Shown here: piece after piece, positions 1-9,272 of the stretch
How positions within the stretch are numbered: the first letter of the stretch is position 1
Layout of the letters: each line of letters opens with the position of its first letter
From: an uncultured Gemmatimonadales bacterium
Lineage (GTDB): Bacteria; Gemmatimonadota; Gemmatimonadetes; Palauibacterales; Palauibacteraceae
DNA: 64,000 bases
NCBI GenBank assembly: GCA_963783385.1
Contig: CAWANJ010000009.1
Coordinates: forward strand, 448,001 to 512,000
Reading direction: 5' to 3'
Notes under the pieces: generated by a model
The model's database searches: none
Told to the model about the DNA's origin: nothing
Seen by the model: only the letters and a program-made list of their open reading frames with translations
Program-made: the position numbers and the translations under genes

Positions 1-304
1 GCGGCCCGCCCGTGGGAACGCCGCCGCCAGTCGTATAGGAGATCCAGGGCGTGCTCTGGTAGATGAGGGGGAGGTTCGCGGAGAGCCGAAGGCGTCCGCT
101 GCGCACGGCGAGGCCCGTGAACAGGTAGGCGGAGTTGGTCCGCTCCGTGAACAGGTACTTGCCGGTCGCGAACTGGAGAGAGCCCGAGTACGTGACCTCC
201 TGGGCGGCTGCCGGGCGCGCGGCCACGAGGAGGAGCAACGCCGCGGCGTCCCGGAGCGTGGGCCGGGGAAGGGAGCGAAGGGCGGAGACGATCCTCTGGC
301 TCAT
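1..304 (-). CDS. Secreted/outer-membrane hypothetical protein, N-terminal part (runs off the window edge)
   Basis: Manual translation from ATG 304: [64 protein letters not shown]...; signal peptide ending AAA, then beta-strand-like sequence. Confidence 0.65.
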   Translation of the reverse strand, partial: MSQRIVSALRSLPRPTLRDAAALLLLVAARPAAAQEVTYSGSLQFATGKYLFTERTNSAYLFTGLAVRSGRLRLSANLPLIYQSTPWISYTTGGGVPTGGP

Positions 305-498
305 CGTTGATCGGCCGGATCGGGGGACGTGGACGAGCCCGGCATCCACGGGGCGCGCGTGCTCGACCCAAAGGTGCAATCTGGGCGTGTCGACCGCGCC
401 GATCTGTCGGGGGGCTTCCGGGTCCGACGGTGGGGAAAAGCACGGCGGAGCGTGTCGGAGTCTTCCGCCGCACGTCCGGGTGCATGAGGCTCCGTCCC

Positions 499-660
499 AT
501 GGGCGACGTGGACGTGCACGCCCTCCGGTCGCTGGACCTCGACCTGCCCACCTCGGGCTCGATCGGGTTCGAGGATCACGACATCACGGAGGCCGACGAA
601 GCCGAACTGACCCGCTTCCGGCGCGAGCACGTGGGCTTCGTGTTCCAGTTCTACGGACTA
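499..660 (+). pseudogene. Relic of a LolD/MacB-type ABC ATPase with the Walker A segment deleted and the 3' part lost
   Basis: [16 protein letters not shown]|[36 protein letters not shown] matches this family's N-terminus but jumps over the GxSGSGKST region. Confidence 0.7.
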
Positions 661-905
661 CCAGGCCGGCGTGCCGGTGCTGGAGCGCGGCCGAGCGGGC
701 GCGCCCCGGCACGGCGATCCCCTACACGGCGCGCCGGCATTCCCCCGATAGTGGGCGCGGGGGTACGCCCGGGACATTGCACGAGGACGGAGGAGGTACG
801 TCCGCACGCTTGTTCAGGGCCCGCCGGGGGCCCGTGGCCCCTGGGCCGTCGGAGCGCCGCGAGACTGCAGTCGTCGAGTCGACTCCCCGCAGCGAGGATG
901 CGACC

Positions 906-1490
906 ATGCAGACCGCTCCCGAGATCAGCTTCCGGAACGTCGAGCCCACGCCCGCCCTCCGGGCCCAGATCGACGAGGAGATCGGACGGCTCGAGCGCTT
1001 CTTCGACGGGATCACCAGCTGCCACGTCATGGTGGAGGTGCCCCATCCCCGGCACAGGGAGGGCAACCTCTATCACGTCCGGGTCGAGGTGCGGGTGCCG
1101 GGCACCGAGCTGGTCGTGAGCCGCCAGCCGCCGACCCAGGAGCAGCGCGAAGAGCTGCGGGTCGCCGTGACCGAGGCCTTCGACTCCATGGCACGGCAGA
1201 TCGAGGACTACGTCCGCAAGCTCCGGGGCCAGGTCAAGACGCGGGAGGAGCTTCCCCATGGCCGCGTCGTGCGCCTGTTCGCCTACGAGGGCTACGGGTT
1301 TATCGAGACCCCCGACGGGGACGAGTACTACTTTCATCGGAACAGCGTGCTGGGCGGCGACTTCGACCGCATGGAGATCGGCAGCCCGGTGCGGTTCTCG
1401 GTGGAGGAGGGGCTGGAGGGTCCCCAGGCGAGCACCGTCCGCCTGCAGGGCGGTCGAGCCGTACCGGCGGGTGAGGGCCCCCTGGAGTGA
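906..1490 (+). CDS. HPF/RaiA ribosome-associated protein fused to a C-terminal cold-shock domain
   Basis: [35 protein letters not shown]...AFDSMARQI, then CSD motifs [10 protein letters not shown] and YYFHRNSV. Confidence 0.9.
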   Translation: MQTAPEISFRNVEPTPALRAQIDEEIGRLERFFDGITSCHVMVEVPHPRHREGNLYHVRVEVRVPGTELVVSRQPPTQEQREELRVAVTEAFDSMARQIEDYVRKLRGQVKTREELPHGRVVRLFAYEGYGFIETPDGDEYYFHRNSVLGGDFDRMEIGSPVRFSVEEGLEGPQASTVRLQGGRAVPAGEGPLE

Positions 1491-1556
1491 CGCTCGGACG
1501 GCCGTCGCCGGCCCGTCGACCGGCGGAGCGATCCCCGAGGCGGGCGCGGAGACTCG

Positions 1557-1700
1557 CTACGGACGCGTGGTGCCCCGCGACCTCCTCTCCACCTCCCAGG
1601 CTTCTTCGAGCAGGGCCCGGACCTCGTCGTCGGTGAGCTGCGGATAGTCCAGGTACCACACGCCGATGGCGAAGAAGGCGTCGGGCCGGACCGGGCTGTG
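1557..1700 (-). pseudogene. C-terminal remnant of a phosphoribosyltransferase
   Basis: Manual translation PDAFFAIGVWYLDYPQLTDDEVRALLEEA...* resembles the typical PRTase tail; no upstream body of the gene. Confidence 0.65.
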
Positions 1701-1776
1701 GGAGATTCCCCGCGGGTCCCCGACGTCCGACTGGCGTCGCGCGGGCGGAACTTAGGGCGGAACTTAGAGGAACTCC
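1698..1776. promoter_or_regulatory. Putative regulator box (GTGGGAGATTCCCCGC) plus 12-bp tandem repeat (GGGCGGAACTTA x2 and a partial third copy) upstream of rtcB
   Basis: Quasi-palindrome 1698-1713; direct repeats 1743-1754 and 1755-1766. Confidence 0.45.
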
Positions 1777-1795
1777 GGGCCGATGGTGGGCGCCG

Positions 1796-3265
1796 ATGAA
1801 CGAGAATCTGGTACCCGGGACGCTGGAGCTGGAGAGGCTCGACGACCACCAATGGCTCCTGCCCCGCCGGGGGGCCATGCGGGTCGACGGGATCGTCTAC
1901 GCGGACGATCGTCTCATCGAGGACGTCCGACACGACGAGTCCCTCCGTCAGGTGGCCAACGTCGCGTGCCTCCCGGGAATCGTCGGCCGTTCCATTGGCA
2001 TGCCGGACATCCACTGGGGCTACGGCTTTCCGATCGGGGGCGTGGCGGCCTTCGACCCGGACGAAGGCGGGGTCGTGAGCCCGGGCGGCGTCGGCTACGA
2101 CATCAACTGCGGGGTCCGCCTCCTGCGCTCCGACCTCTCCGAGGCCGACCTCCGCCCACGGCTCGAGCCCCTCATGAACCAGGTCATGCGGGACGTTCCC
2201 TCGGGGGTCGGCTCCCACCACCGCGGCGGCGGGCTGCCCGTCGAGGAGCTGCGGTCCGTCCTCACCGGCGGGGTCCCGTGGGCGGTGGCGTCCCGGGGCT
2301 GGGGCGTGCCGGCCGACGTGGCCCGGATCGAGAGCGGCGGCGTGCTCCCGGGGGCCGATCCGGGCAGGGTGAGCGCCCGGGCCCTGGACCGCGGCCGCGA
2401 CCAGCTCGGGAGCGTCGGCTCGGGGAACCACTTCATCGAGGTGGGCTACGTCGACCGGCTGTTCGATGAGCCCGCGGCGGCCGCCCTCGGGCTGGAGATG
2501 GGGACGGTCACGGTGCTCATCCACTCGGGCTCCCGGGGGCTGGGCCACCAGGTGTGCACCGACTACCTGGAGGTGATGCTGGACGCGGCCGGGGACCACG
2601 GCATCCGGCTCCCCGACCGGCAGCTGACCTGCGCGCCGCTCGACTCGCCCGAGGCCCGGGACTACCTGGCCGCCATGGCGGCGGCGGCCAACTTCGCCTT
2701 CGTGAACCGGCAGCGCATGGCCCACCTGGTCCGGGGCGCGTTCGAGCGTGTGTTCGAGCGGCCCTGGGAGGCGCTGGGCCTGGGGCTCGTCTACGACGTG
2801 GCCCACAACAACGCCAAGTGGGAGACGCACGTCGTCGAGGGTCGCGAGCGGCGGCTGTGCGTGCACCGGAAGGGGGCGACCCGGGCCTTTCCCCCGGGCC
2901 ACCCGGAGCTGGATCCCACCTTCGCCGGAATAGGACAACCTGTCCTAATTCCGGGCGACATGGGCCGCTACTCCTACGTGCTGGTCGGCACCCGGCAGGC
3001 GTTCGAGGAGACGTTTGGTTCGTGCTGCCACGGCGCCGGCCGCCGGATGAGCCGGACGCAGGCCCGCAAGGTCGCGGGGGGACGGGCGCTCAGGCGGGAG
3101 TTCCGCGAGCGGGGCATCGTGGTGCGGGCGGCGTCGCGGGCGACGATCGCCGAGGAGCTTCCGGAAGCGTACAAGGACGTGGCCGACGTGGTCGACGTCG
3201 TCCACCGGGCGGGCATCGGGCGCAAGGTGGCTCGCCTCCGGCCGATGGGCGTGCTCAAGGGTTGA
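1796..3265 (+). CDS. rtcB: RtcB 3'-phosphate/5'-OH RNA ligase (long, archaeal-like type)
   Basis: Motifs MPDIHWGYGFPIGG, VGYDINCG, GSGNHF, IHSGSRG, YDVAHN, HRKGAT, PGDMG, CHGAGR, EELPEAYKD. Confidence 0.97.
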   Translation: MNENLVPGTLELERLDDHQWLLPRRGAMRVDGIVYADDRLIEDVRHDESLRQVANVACLPGIVGRSIGMPDIHWGYGFPIGGVAAFDPDEGGVVSPGGVGYDINCGVRLLRSDLSEADLRPRLEPLMNQVMRDVPSGVGSHHRGGGLPVEELRSVLTGGVPWAVASRGWGVPADVARIESGGVLPGADPGRVSARALDRGRDQLGSVGSGNHFIEVGYVDRLFDEPAAAALGLEMGTVTVLIHSGSRGLGHQVCTDYLEVMLDAAGDHGIRLPDRQLTCAPLDSPEARDYLAAMAAAANFAFVNRQRMAHLVRGAFERVFERPWEALGLGLVYDVAHNNAKWETHVVEGRERRLCVHRKGATRAFPPGHPELDPTFAGIGQPVLIPGDMGRYSYVLVGTRQAFEETFGSCCHGAGRRMSRTQARKVAGGRALRREFRERGIVVRAASRATIAEELPEAYKDVADVVDVVHRAGIGRKVARLRPMGVLKG

Positions 3266-3463
3266 GCCGCCGCCCGCGCCGGGAGGGTGCCCGCGCCTCC
3301 CGCCGACGGCCTCGACTACGCGGCATCGTCCGTTCGGCCTACCTCCTCTGGCCCCTTCCTCCCCACGGTGGGGAGGGGGATGGCCCTACAGACGGGGGCA
3401 CGCCCATGGATGAGCTTCCGTAATCGACTATGGACGAGACGTCCGCGGACGAAACGGAGGACC

Positions 3464-3661
3464 ATGAACGTACCTGCAATCCTGCTGAACAGCGGCTGGT
3501 TGGGGCCCGTGGCCCGGCTCGACGAAGACGACCCTCAGGGCGGTCCGCCCCATGGAGGGCCCGACGCGGACGGAGCATCCGATCCGCGCGCGCCCGACGA
3601 CCCGGAGCGGGAGCCGGAGTCCCCGCCGGTCGTCTCGGCGCCCGGCAAGCTCACCTGGTGA
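3464..3661 (+). CDS. Small acidic/proline-rich hypothetical protein
   Basis: GGAGG RBS before ATG 3464; 65 aa; no recognisable family. Confidence 0.3.
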   Translation: MNVPAILLNSGWLGPVARLDEDDPQGGPPHGGPDADGASDPRAPDDPEREPESPPVVSAPGKLTW

Positions 3662-3915
3662 GGATCGAGAGCGCCGTCCGGGCCACGGTCGGCGCGCGCC
3701 CCCTCCGGACCGCCTCCAGGAAGCTGCGCTCGAACACCAGGCGGGCCCGGCAGTCCGGGCAGCCATCCAGGTGCCGGGCCACCCGGCGCTCCCAGGCGGC
3801 CGTGAGCTCCCCGTCCAGGTAGTCGTAGAGGCGCTCGAGAACGTCCCGGCAGGTGATCCACGGTCCGGAGGGGAGGGCACCGCGCGCCCGCGCCCCCAGA
3901 CTGGCCCTGGCTCAT
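3651..3915 (-). CDS. zf-HC2 (ZAS) anti-sigma-factor-like zinc-finger protein, one frameshift near the 5' end
   Basis: Manual translation ITCRDVLERLYDYLDGEL...VARHLDGCPDCRARLVFE (HxxxCxxC); ATG 3915 is one base out of frame. Confidence 0.75.
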
Positions 3916-4111
3916 ACGAACCCCTCCGCTGACGGCGACCCGCTCCGCGGAATCCCACCCATGCCGTGGCGGGGCGCCGCCCCGGGGCCGAAGCGGTCCA
4001 CGACAGCACCCCGCCCACCACGCACACCGGTGGAACGACGAACGGGTTCGCGTGGTTCCTGGGCCCCCGTCCCCCTTTTCCGCCCGGGGACCCCGACCTA
4101 GCTTCGCCGCC

Positions 4112-7006
4112 ATGCACGAAACCACGACCCGCGCCTCCGGCGCTCCGGCCCCCGTCGCTCGCCTTCCCCTCGCCCGCACGTCGACGGTGCTCGTCGCCGT
4201 CGCCCTGACCGCGCTCGCCGCGCCGGGGCTGCCCGGCTCGGGCGGGCCCGCGCCCGGCTCGCCGCCCCTGGTCGCCCAGGAGGCGCCGTATCGAGGCCTG
4301 CCGGTCGAGGGCGGCGTGACGGAGACGGCGCTCCTCCTCCGCCAGATGGGAGGAGTGAAGCGGGTCCTGCTCATCGCCGCGCACCCGGACGACGAGGACA
4401 CGGCGCTCCTGGCGGAGCTGGCCCGGTTCGAGGGGGCCCGCGCCGCCTATCTGGCTCTCACGCGTGGCGAGGGGGGGCAGGACCTCATCGGCCCCGAGCT
4501 AGGGAAGGGGCTCGGGCTCATCCGCACCGAGGAGCTCCTGGCGGCCCGCCGGCTGGACGGGGCGGAGCAGTTCTTCTCCCGGGCGTACGACTTCGGCTTC
4601 TCCAAGACGATGGCCGAGTCCTTCGGCCACTGGCCCCGCGACACCCTGCTAAGCGACATGGTGTGGGTCATCCGCACCTTCCGGCCGCAGGTGATCGTGT
4701 CGATCTTCAGCGGCACCCCGGCCGACGGCCACGGCCAGCACCAGGTGGCCGGCGATCTCACCCCGATCGCGTTTCGGGAGGCGGCCGATTCGACGAAGTT
4801 TCCCGAGCAGCTCCGCTGGGGGGCCCGGCCGTGGCGGGCGCAGAAGCTGTACCGGCGCACGTGGCGGAGCAGCGACAGCGTGACGCTGCGGATCCCGACC
4901 GGCAACTACGACCCGGTCCTCGGCCTGTCCCCCTTCCAGCTGGCCATGTTGAGCCGGAGCCAGCACCGCTCGCAGGACATGGGGCAGCCCCGGCCGCCGG
5001 GGCCGCGCTTCACCCGTCTCATGCTCCTTCAGAACCTCACGAAGGCCGCGCCGGGCGCCGGACTCTTCGCCGGAATCGACACCACGCTCACGGGCCTGGC
5101 CGACGGCGTGGCGCCGAAGCGCCGCCAGGCGGCCGGGCGGGAGCTCGTCGCGTACCGGACGGCCGTGCAGGTGGCCCGGGACTCCCTCCGGGCCCTCGAC
5201 CCGGGCGCCGCGGTTCCACCGCTGCAGCGGGCGGTCGGGGCCATCGACTCGGCTCGCGCCATCGCGGAGGGCGCCGACCCGGCCGCGCGTGCCGCGCTCG
5301 ACCGGCAGGCCGGGCTCGCGGCCCGGGCGCTGCTGTCGGCCTCCGGGGTCACCTTCCGCTTCCGGGCCGAGGACGACCTGTGGATTCCCGGGACCACGGT
5401 CCGCGTCCACGCGGAGCTGTGGAACGGCGGGTCACGGCCCGTCCAGGCGGGCGCTCCCGAGCTGGCCCTCCCGGACGGCTGGTCGGCGCGGCTACTGCCG
5501 GCCGATAGCGTACGGGCGGCCGGCTCGCGGCGCCCGGGCTTCTTCGGGGTCGCGCCCTCGGCGGCTGGCGGGAGATCCGGCCTGCGGCTTCCGGCCGGCC
5601 GCCTGGCGCGCTGGACGTTCGACGTGCACGTGCCGGCCGACGCGCGTCCCACCGAGGAGTATTTCCTACGGCAGGACACGGTGGGCGACCTGTACCGGTG
5701 GCCCGAGGACCCGTCGCTCCGGGCTCGACCTCTGAACCCGCCCCTGGCGACCGGACGGATGTCCGTTCGCGTGGGCGACGGACAGGCGGTCTCGGCCACC
5801 GGGGAGGTGCGCTACCGCGGGGTGGACAAGGCCCGTGGCGAGTTCTGGCGTCCGGTCTACGTGGTCCCGCGCGTGTCGGTCACGGTCGAGCCGGGCGTCG
5901 TCGTGTGGCCTGCCGAGTCGGAAGGGGCCGATGGCACCGTGGACGCCGGTCGCCAGGTGACCGTGACGGTCCGGAGCGAGGCCCACGACACGCTCGACCT
6001 CGACGTCGGGCTGGACCTTCCGGGCGGCTGGACGTCGGATCCCGCCTCGACCCGGATCGTCCTGGACGAGCGCGGGGCGACCGAGAGCCGCACCTTCACG
6101 CTGCGGCCCGGCGGAGACGGGGCGCAGGGCGCGGGCGACGCGTCGGGCCAGGAGGGTCCCGATGGCTCGCGGACCTACCGGGTGACGGCGGCGGCGCGCG
6201 CGGCCGGCCGGACCGCCGCCGCGGGCCACGGGCCCTGGTCGCGGGAGCTCACCTTGCTCGGCTTCCCTCACACCGACCCGGTGCCCCTGTACCGCGACGC
6301 GAGCGTCCGGCTGGAACGCTTCCCGGTGCGCGTGGACCGGTCGCGGAAGGTCGGCTACGTGATGGGCTCGGGGGACGCGGTTCCGGACGCGATCCGGCAG
6401 CTGGGGCTGCCCGTCAGCATGATCGGCCCGGAGCAGCTCCGCTCCGGGGACCTGTCGGCCTTCGACGTGATCGTGCTCGGCGTGAGGGCGTACGAGGTGC
6501 GCAAGGATCTGCAGGCGGCCAACCAGCGCCTCCTGGACTGGGTGCGGGCCGGCGGGACGCTCATCGTCCAGTACAACAAGTACGAGTACGTCGACGGCGG
6601 CTATCCCCCGTACTCGGCCACCATGGCCCACCCCCACGACCGGGTCACCGACGAGCACGCGCCCGTCACCCTCCTGCACCCGAACTCTCCGGTGCTGAGC
6701 GAACCCAACCGCATCGGCCCCGGGGATTTCGACGGCTGGATCCAGGAGCGCGGGCTGTACTTCCTCCACAGCTGGGATGATCGCTACACGCCGCTCCTCT
6801 CCATGCACGACGCCGGAGAGGCGCCGAAGGAGGGGAGCCTGCTGGTGGCTACGCTCGGGAAGGGCGTGTACGTCTACACCGGGCTCGACTTCTTCCGGGA
6901 GCTACCGGTGGGCGTACCCGGGGCGTACCGTCTGTTCGCCAACCTCCTGTCGCTGCGGCCGGAAGCGTGGCGGCGGTGGCGGGAAGGCGCGAGCGGGGGC
7001 TCGTGA
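4112..7006 (+). CDS. Exported PIG-L/LmbE family deacetylase with NEW3-like and C-terminal GATase-like domains
   Basis: AHPDDED, LTRGEGGQ, R..ELLAAR, DFGFSK, GHGQH; N-terminal signal region. Confidence 0.9.
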   Translation: MHETTTRASGAPAPVARLPLARTSTVLVAVALTALAAPGLPGSGGPAPGSPPLVAQEAPYRGLPVEGGVTETALLLRQMGGVKRVLLIAAHPDDEDTALLAELARFEGARAAYLALTRGEGGQDLIGPELGKGLGLIRTEELLAARRLDGAEQFFSRAYDFGFSKTMAESFGHWPRDTLLSDMVWVIRTFRPQVIVSIFSGTPADGHGQHQVAGDLTPIAFREAADSTKFPEQLRWGARPWRAQKLYRRTWRSSDSVTLRIPTGNYDPVLGLSPFQLAMLSRSQHRSQDMGQPRPPGPRFTRLMLLQNLTKAAPGAGLFAGIDTTLTGLADGVAPKRRQAAGRELVAYRTAVQVARDSLRALDPGAAVPPLQRAVGAIDSARAIAEGADPAARAALDRQAGLAARALLSASGVTFRFRAEDDLWIPGTTVRVHAELWNGGSRPVQAGAPELALPDGWSARLLPADSVRAAGSRRPGFFGVAPSAAGGRSGLRLPAGRLARWTFDVHVPADARPTEEYFLRQDTVGDLYRWPEDPSLRARPLNPPLATGRMSVRVGDGQAVSATGEVRYRGVDKARGEFWRPVYVVPRVSVTVEPGVVVWPAESEGADGTVDAGRQVTVTVRSEAHDTLDLDVGLDLPGGWTSDPASTRIVLDERGATESRTFTLRPGGDGAQGAGDASGQEGPDGSRTYRVTAAARAAGRTAAAGHGPWSRELTLLGFPHTDPVPLYRDASVRLERFPVRVDRSRKVGYVMGSGDAVPDAIRQLGLPVSMIGPEQLRSGDLSAFDVIVLGVRAYEVRKDLQAANQRLLDWVRAGGTLIVQYNKYEYVDGGYPPYSATMAHPHDRVTDEHAPVTLLHPNSPVLSEPNRIGPGDFDGWIQERGLYFLHSWDDRYTPLLSMHDAGEAPKEGSLLVATLGKGVYVYTGLDFFRELPVGVPGAYRLFANLLSLRPEAWRRWREGASGGS

Positions 7007-8049
7007 CGGGTCGCCTCCGGGCCGCGGCGCTGGCGGGCCTGGCCGCCCTGTGGGGCTGCGGGGGCGGGGGCGGCCGCACCCCGCTGGTCATCTACTCGCC
7101 CCACGGCCGCGACCTGCTCGCCCACTTCGAGCAGCGCTTCGAGGCCACCCATCCCGACGTGGACGTCCAGTGGGTGGACATGGGCAGCCAGGAGGTCCTG
7201 GATCGGCTGCGCTCGGAGAAGGCCAATCCGCAGGCGGATGTGTGGTGGGGCGCCCCGACCGAGATCTTCGCGCGCGCCGCATTGGAGGGACTGCTGGCGC
7301 CGTCGCGGCCGAGCTGGGCCGATTCGGTGCCGGCCGCGGCGCGCGACTCCGCCGGCCGCTGGTACGGGACGTACCGCACACCGGAGGTCATCGCCTACAA
7401 CTCGGACGCGCTCACGCGCGCCGAGGCGCCCCAGGACTGGGACGACCTCCTCGCCCCGAAGTGGCGCGGCAAGGTGCTCATCCGGGACCCGCTCGCCTCG
7501 GGCACGATGCACGCCATCTTCGGCGCCATCATGTGGCGTGAGTACGCGCGCACGGGCGATTCGACCGCGGGCTACACGTGGCTCCTCAAGCTCGACGCCC
7601 AGACCAGCGACTACGTCCTCAATCCCACGCTGCTGTATCAGAAGCTGGCCCGGCAGGAGGGGCTGGTGACCGTGTGGGACATGCCGGACGTCGAGACGCT
7701 CAGGGCCACGACCAGCCTGCCGATCGACTACCTGATCCCGAAGAGCGGAACGCCGGTCGTCATCGACGCGATCGCGGTCGTGAAGGGTGCGAAGCACCCG
7801 GCGCTGGCGCGGGCCTTCCTGCAGTGGGCGGGGAGCCGTCCCGAGGTGCTCGAGGCGGCGCGGCGCTTCTATCGGATCCCCGTTCGCACGGACGTCCCCG
7901 ACGACTCGCTGCCGGAGTGGCTGCGGCGGACCCTCCCGGAGATTCGCCCCATGGACGTGGACAGGGCGTACGTGCAGGAGCACCTGCCGGCATGGCTCCG
8001 GCACTGGGACCGGGAGATCAGGAACCGCGGCCGCGACGAGGGCTACTGA
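7003..8049 (+). CDS. ABC transporter solute-binding lipoprotein (Fe3+/thiamine/polyamine class)
   Basis: Lipobox LWGC; VIYSPHG, EKANPQADVWWG, PQDWDDLL. Confidence 0.9.
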   Translation: MTGRLRAAALAGLAALWGCGGGGGRTPLVIYSPHGRDLLAHFEQRFEATHPDVDVQWVDMGSQEVLDRLRSEKANPQADVWWGAPTEIFARAALEGLLAPSRPSWADSVPAAARDSAGRWYGTYRTPEVIAYNSDALTRAEAPQDWDDLLAPKWRGKVLIRDPLASGTMHAIFGAIMWREYARTGDSTAGYTWLLKLDAQTSDYVLNPTLLYQKLARQEGLVTVWDMPDVETLRATTSLPIDYLIPKSGTPVVIDAIAVVKGAKHPALARAFLQWAGSRPEVLEAARRFYRIPVRTDVPDDSLPEWLRRTLPEIRPMDVDRAYVQEHLPAWLRHWDREIRNRGRDEGY

Positions 8050-8060
8050 ACGAGTCGGGC

Positions 8061-9272
8061 GTGCCCCACGGCGCGGAGCTCGAGCTCGTCCGGCTGGGCC
8101 GGACGTTCGGGTCCACGGCGGCCGTGGATGGGCTCGACCTCGAGGTCGAGCGGGGGGAGGTCCTCACCCTGCTCGGACCCAGCGGATGCGGGAAGACCAC
8201 GGCGCTGCGGCTGGTGGCGGGCTTCGAAGTGCCGGACGAGGGCAGCGTGCGCTTCCGAGGCCGGGATGTGACCGCCTGGAACCCGAGGCGCCGGGGCTTC
8301 GGAATGGTCTTCCAGAACTACGCCCTCTTCCCCCACCTGGACGTGTTCGAGAACGTGGCCTTCGGGCTGCGCTGCCGGTCGGTGGAGGACGCCGACATCC
8401 GGCGGCGCGTGGGCCGTGTCCTGGCGCTGGTGGACCTGCCCGAGCACGGGGAGCGCCCCGTGCAGCAGCTCTCGGGAGGGCAGCAGCAGCGCGTGGCCCT
8501 GGCCCGGGCCCTGGCCATCGAGCCTCCCCTCCTCCTCCTCGACGAACCGCTCTCCAACCTGGACGCCGCCCTGCGCGAGCGGACCCGGACCGAGCTCCGC
8601 CGACTCATCAAAGAGCTCGGCATCACGGCCCTGTTCGTCACCCACGACCAGGAGGAGGCCTTCGACCTCTCGGACCGGGTGGCCGTGATGCGGTCCGGGC
8701 GGCTCCGCCAGGTCGGGAAGCCGGAGGAGCTGTACGACGCCCCGGCGGACGCGTTCGTGGCCGGGTTCGTCGGCCGCGCCAATCGTCTGCCGGTCCGGCT
8801 CGAGCGGGAGGACGGAGGCGGACGCGTGGCGCGCCTGCCCGACGGGACGGTGTGGCCGCTCCCGGTGAATGCCGGGGGCCGGGAGGGAGACCGCGGGCCC
8901 GCGCCCGCGGGACCCGCGCCCGACGATGTCGGCGCCGAGCTGTGGGTACGCCCCGAGGACCTGGAGCTGCGGCCCTGGATGCCCGAGAGCGCGGGGCGGG
9001 AGGTCCTGGCCGGGCAGGTGGTGGATCGCCGCTTCCGGGGGGCGGTCACCACCTACCGGATCGACGCGGGGGAGGCGGGCGTGCTCGAGGTGAACGGGCA
9101 CAGGGATGCGGCCGCGCCGGGCGACCGGGTGGGGGTCGTCCCGGCCCGGGGAGCCGCCATGCACCTGTTCGGGGCCGGGGCGGACTCGCCCCCGGACGGG
9201 TGGCCGGACGAAGGCGGGGAGGGCGAGGGAACGGAGTCGGAGAGCGCGCGCGGCGGCCGTGGCGAGAGCTGA
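8061..9272 (+). CDS. ABC transporter ATP-binding protein (PotA/FbpC type)
   Basis: GPSGCGKT, LSGGQQQR, LLLDE, VTHDQEEA; C-terminal TOBE-like domain. Confidence 0.93.
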   Translation: MPHGAELELVRLGRTFGSTAAVDGLDLEVERGEVLTLLGPSGCGKTTALRLVAGFEVPDEGSVRFRGRDVTAWNPRRRGFGMVFQNYALFPHLDVFENVAFGLRCRSVEDADIRRRVGRVLALVDLPEHGERPVQQLSGGQQQRVALARALAIEPPLLLLDEPLSNLDAALRERTRTELRRLIKELGITALFVTHDQEEAFDLSDRVAVMRSGRLRQVGKPEELYDAPADAFVAGFVGRANRLPVRLEREDGGGRVARLPDGTVWPLPVNAGGREGDRGPAPAGPAPDDVGAELWVRPEDLELRPWMPESAGREVLAGQVVDRRFRGAVTTYRIDAGEAGVLEVNGHRDAAAPGDRVGVVPARGAAMHLFGAGADSPPDGWPDEGGEGEGTESESARGGRGES

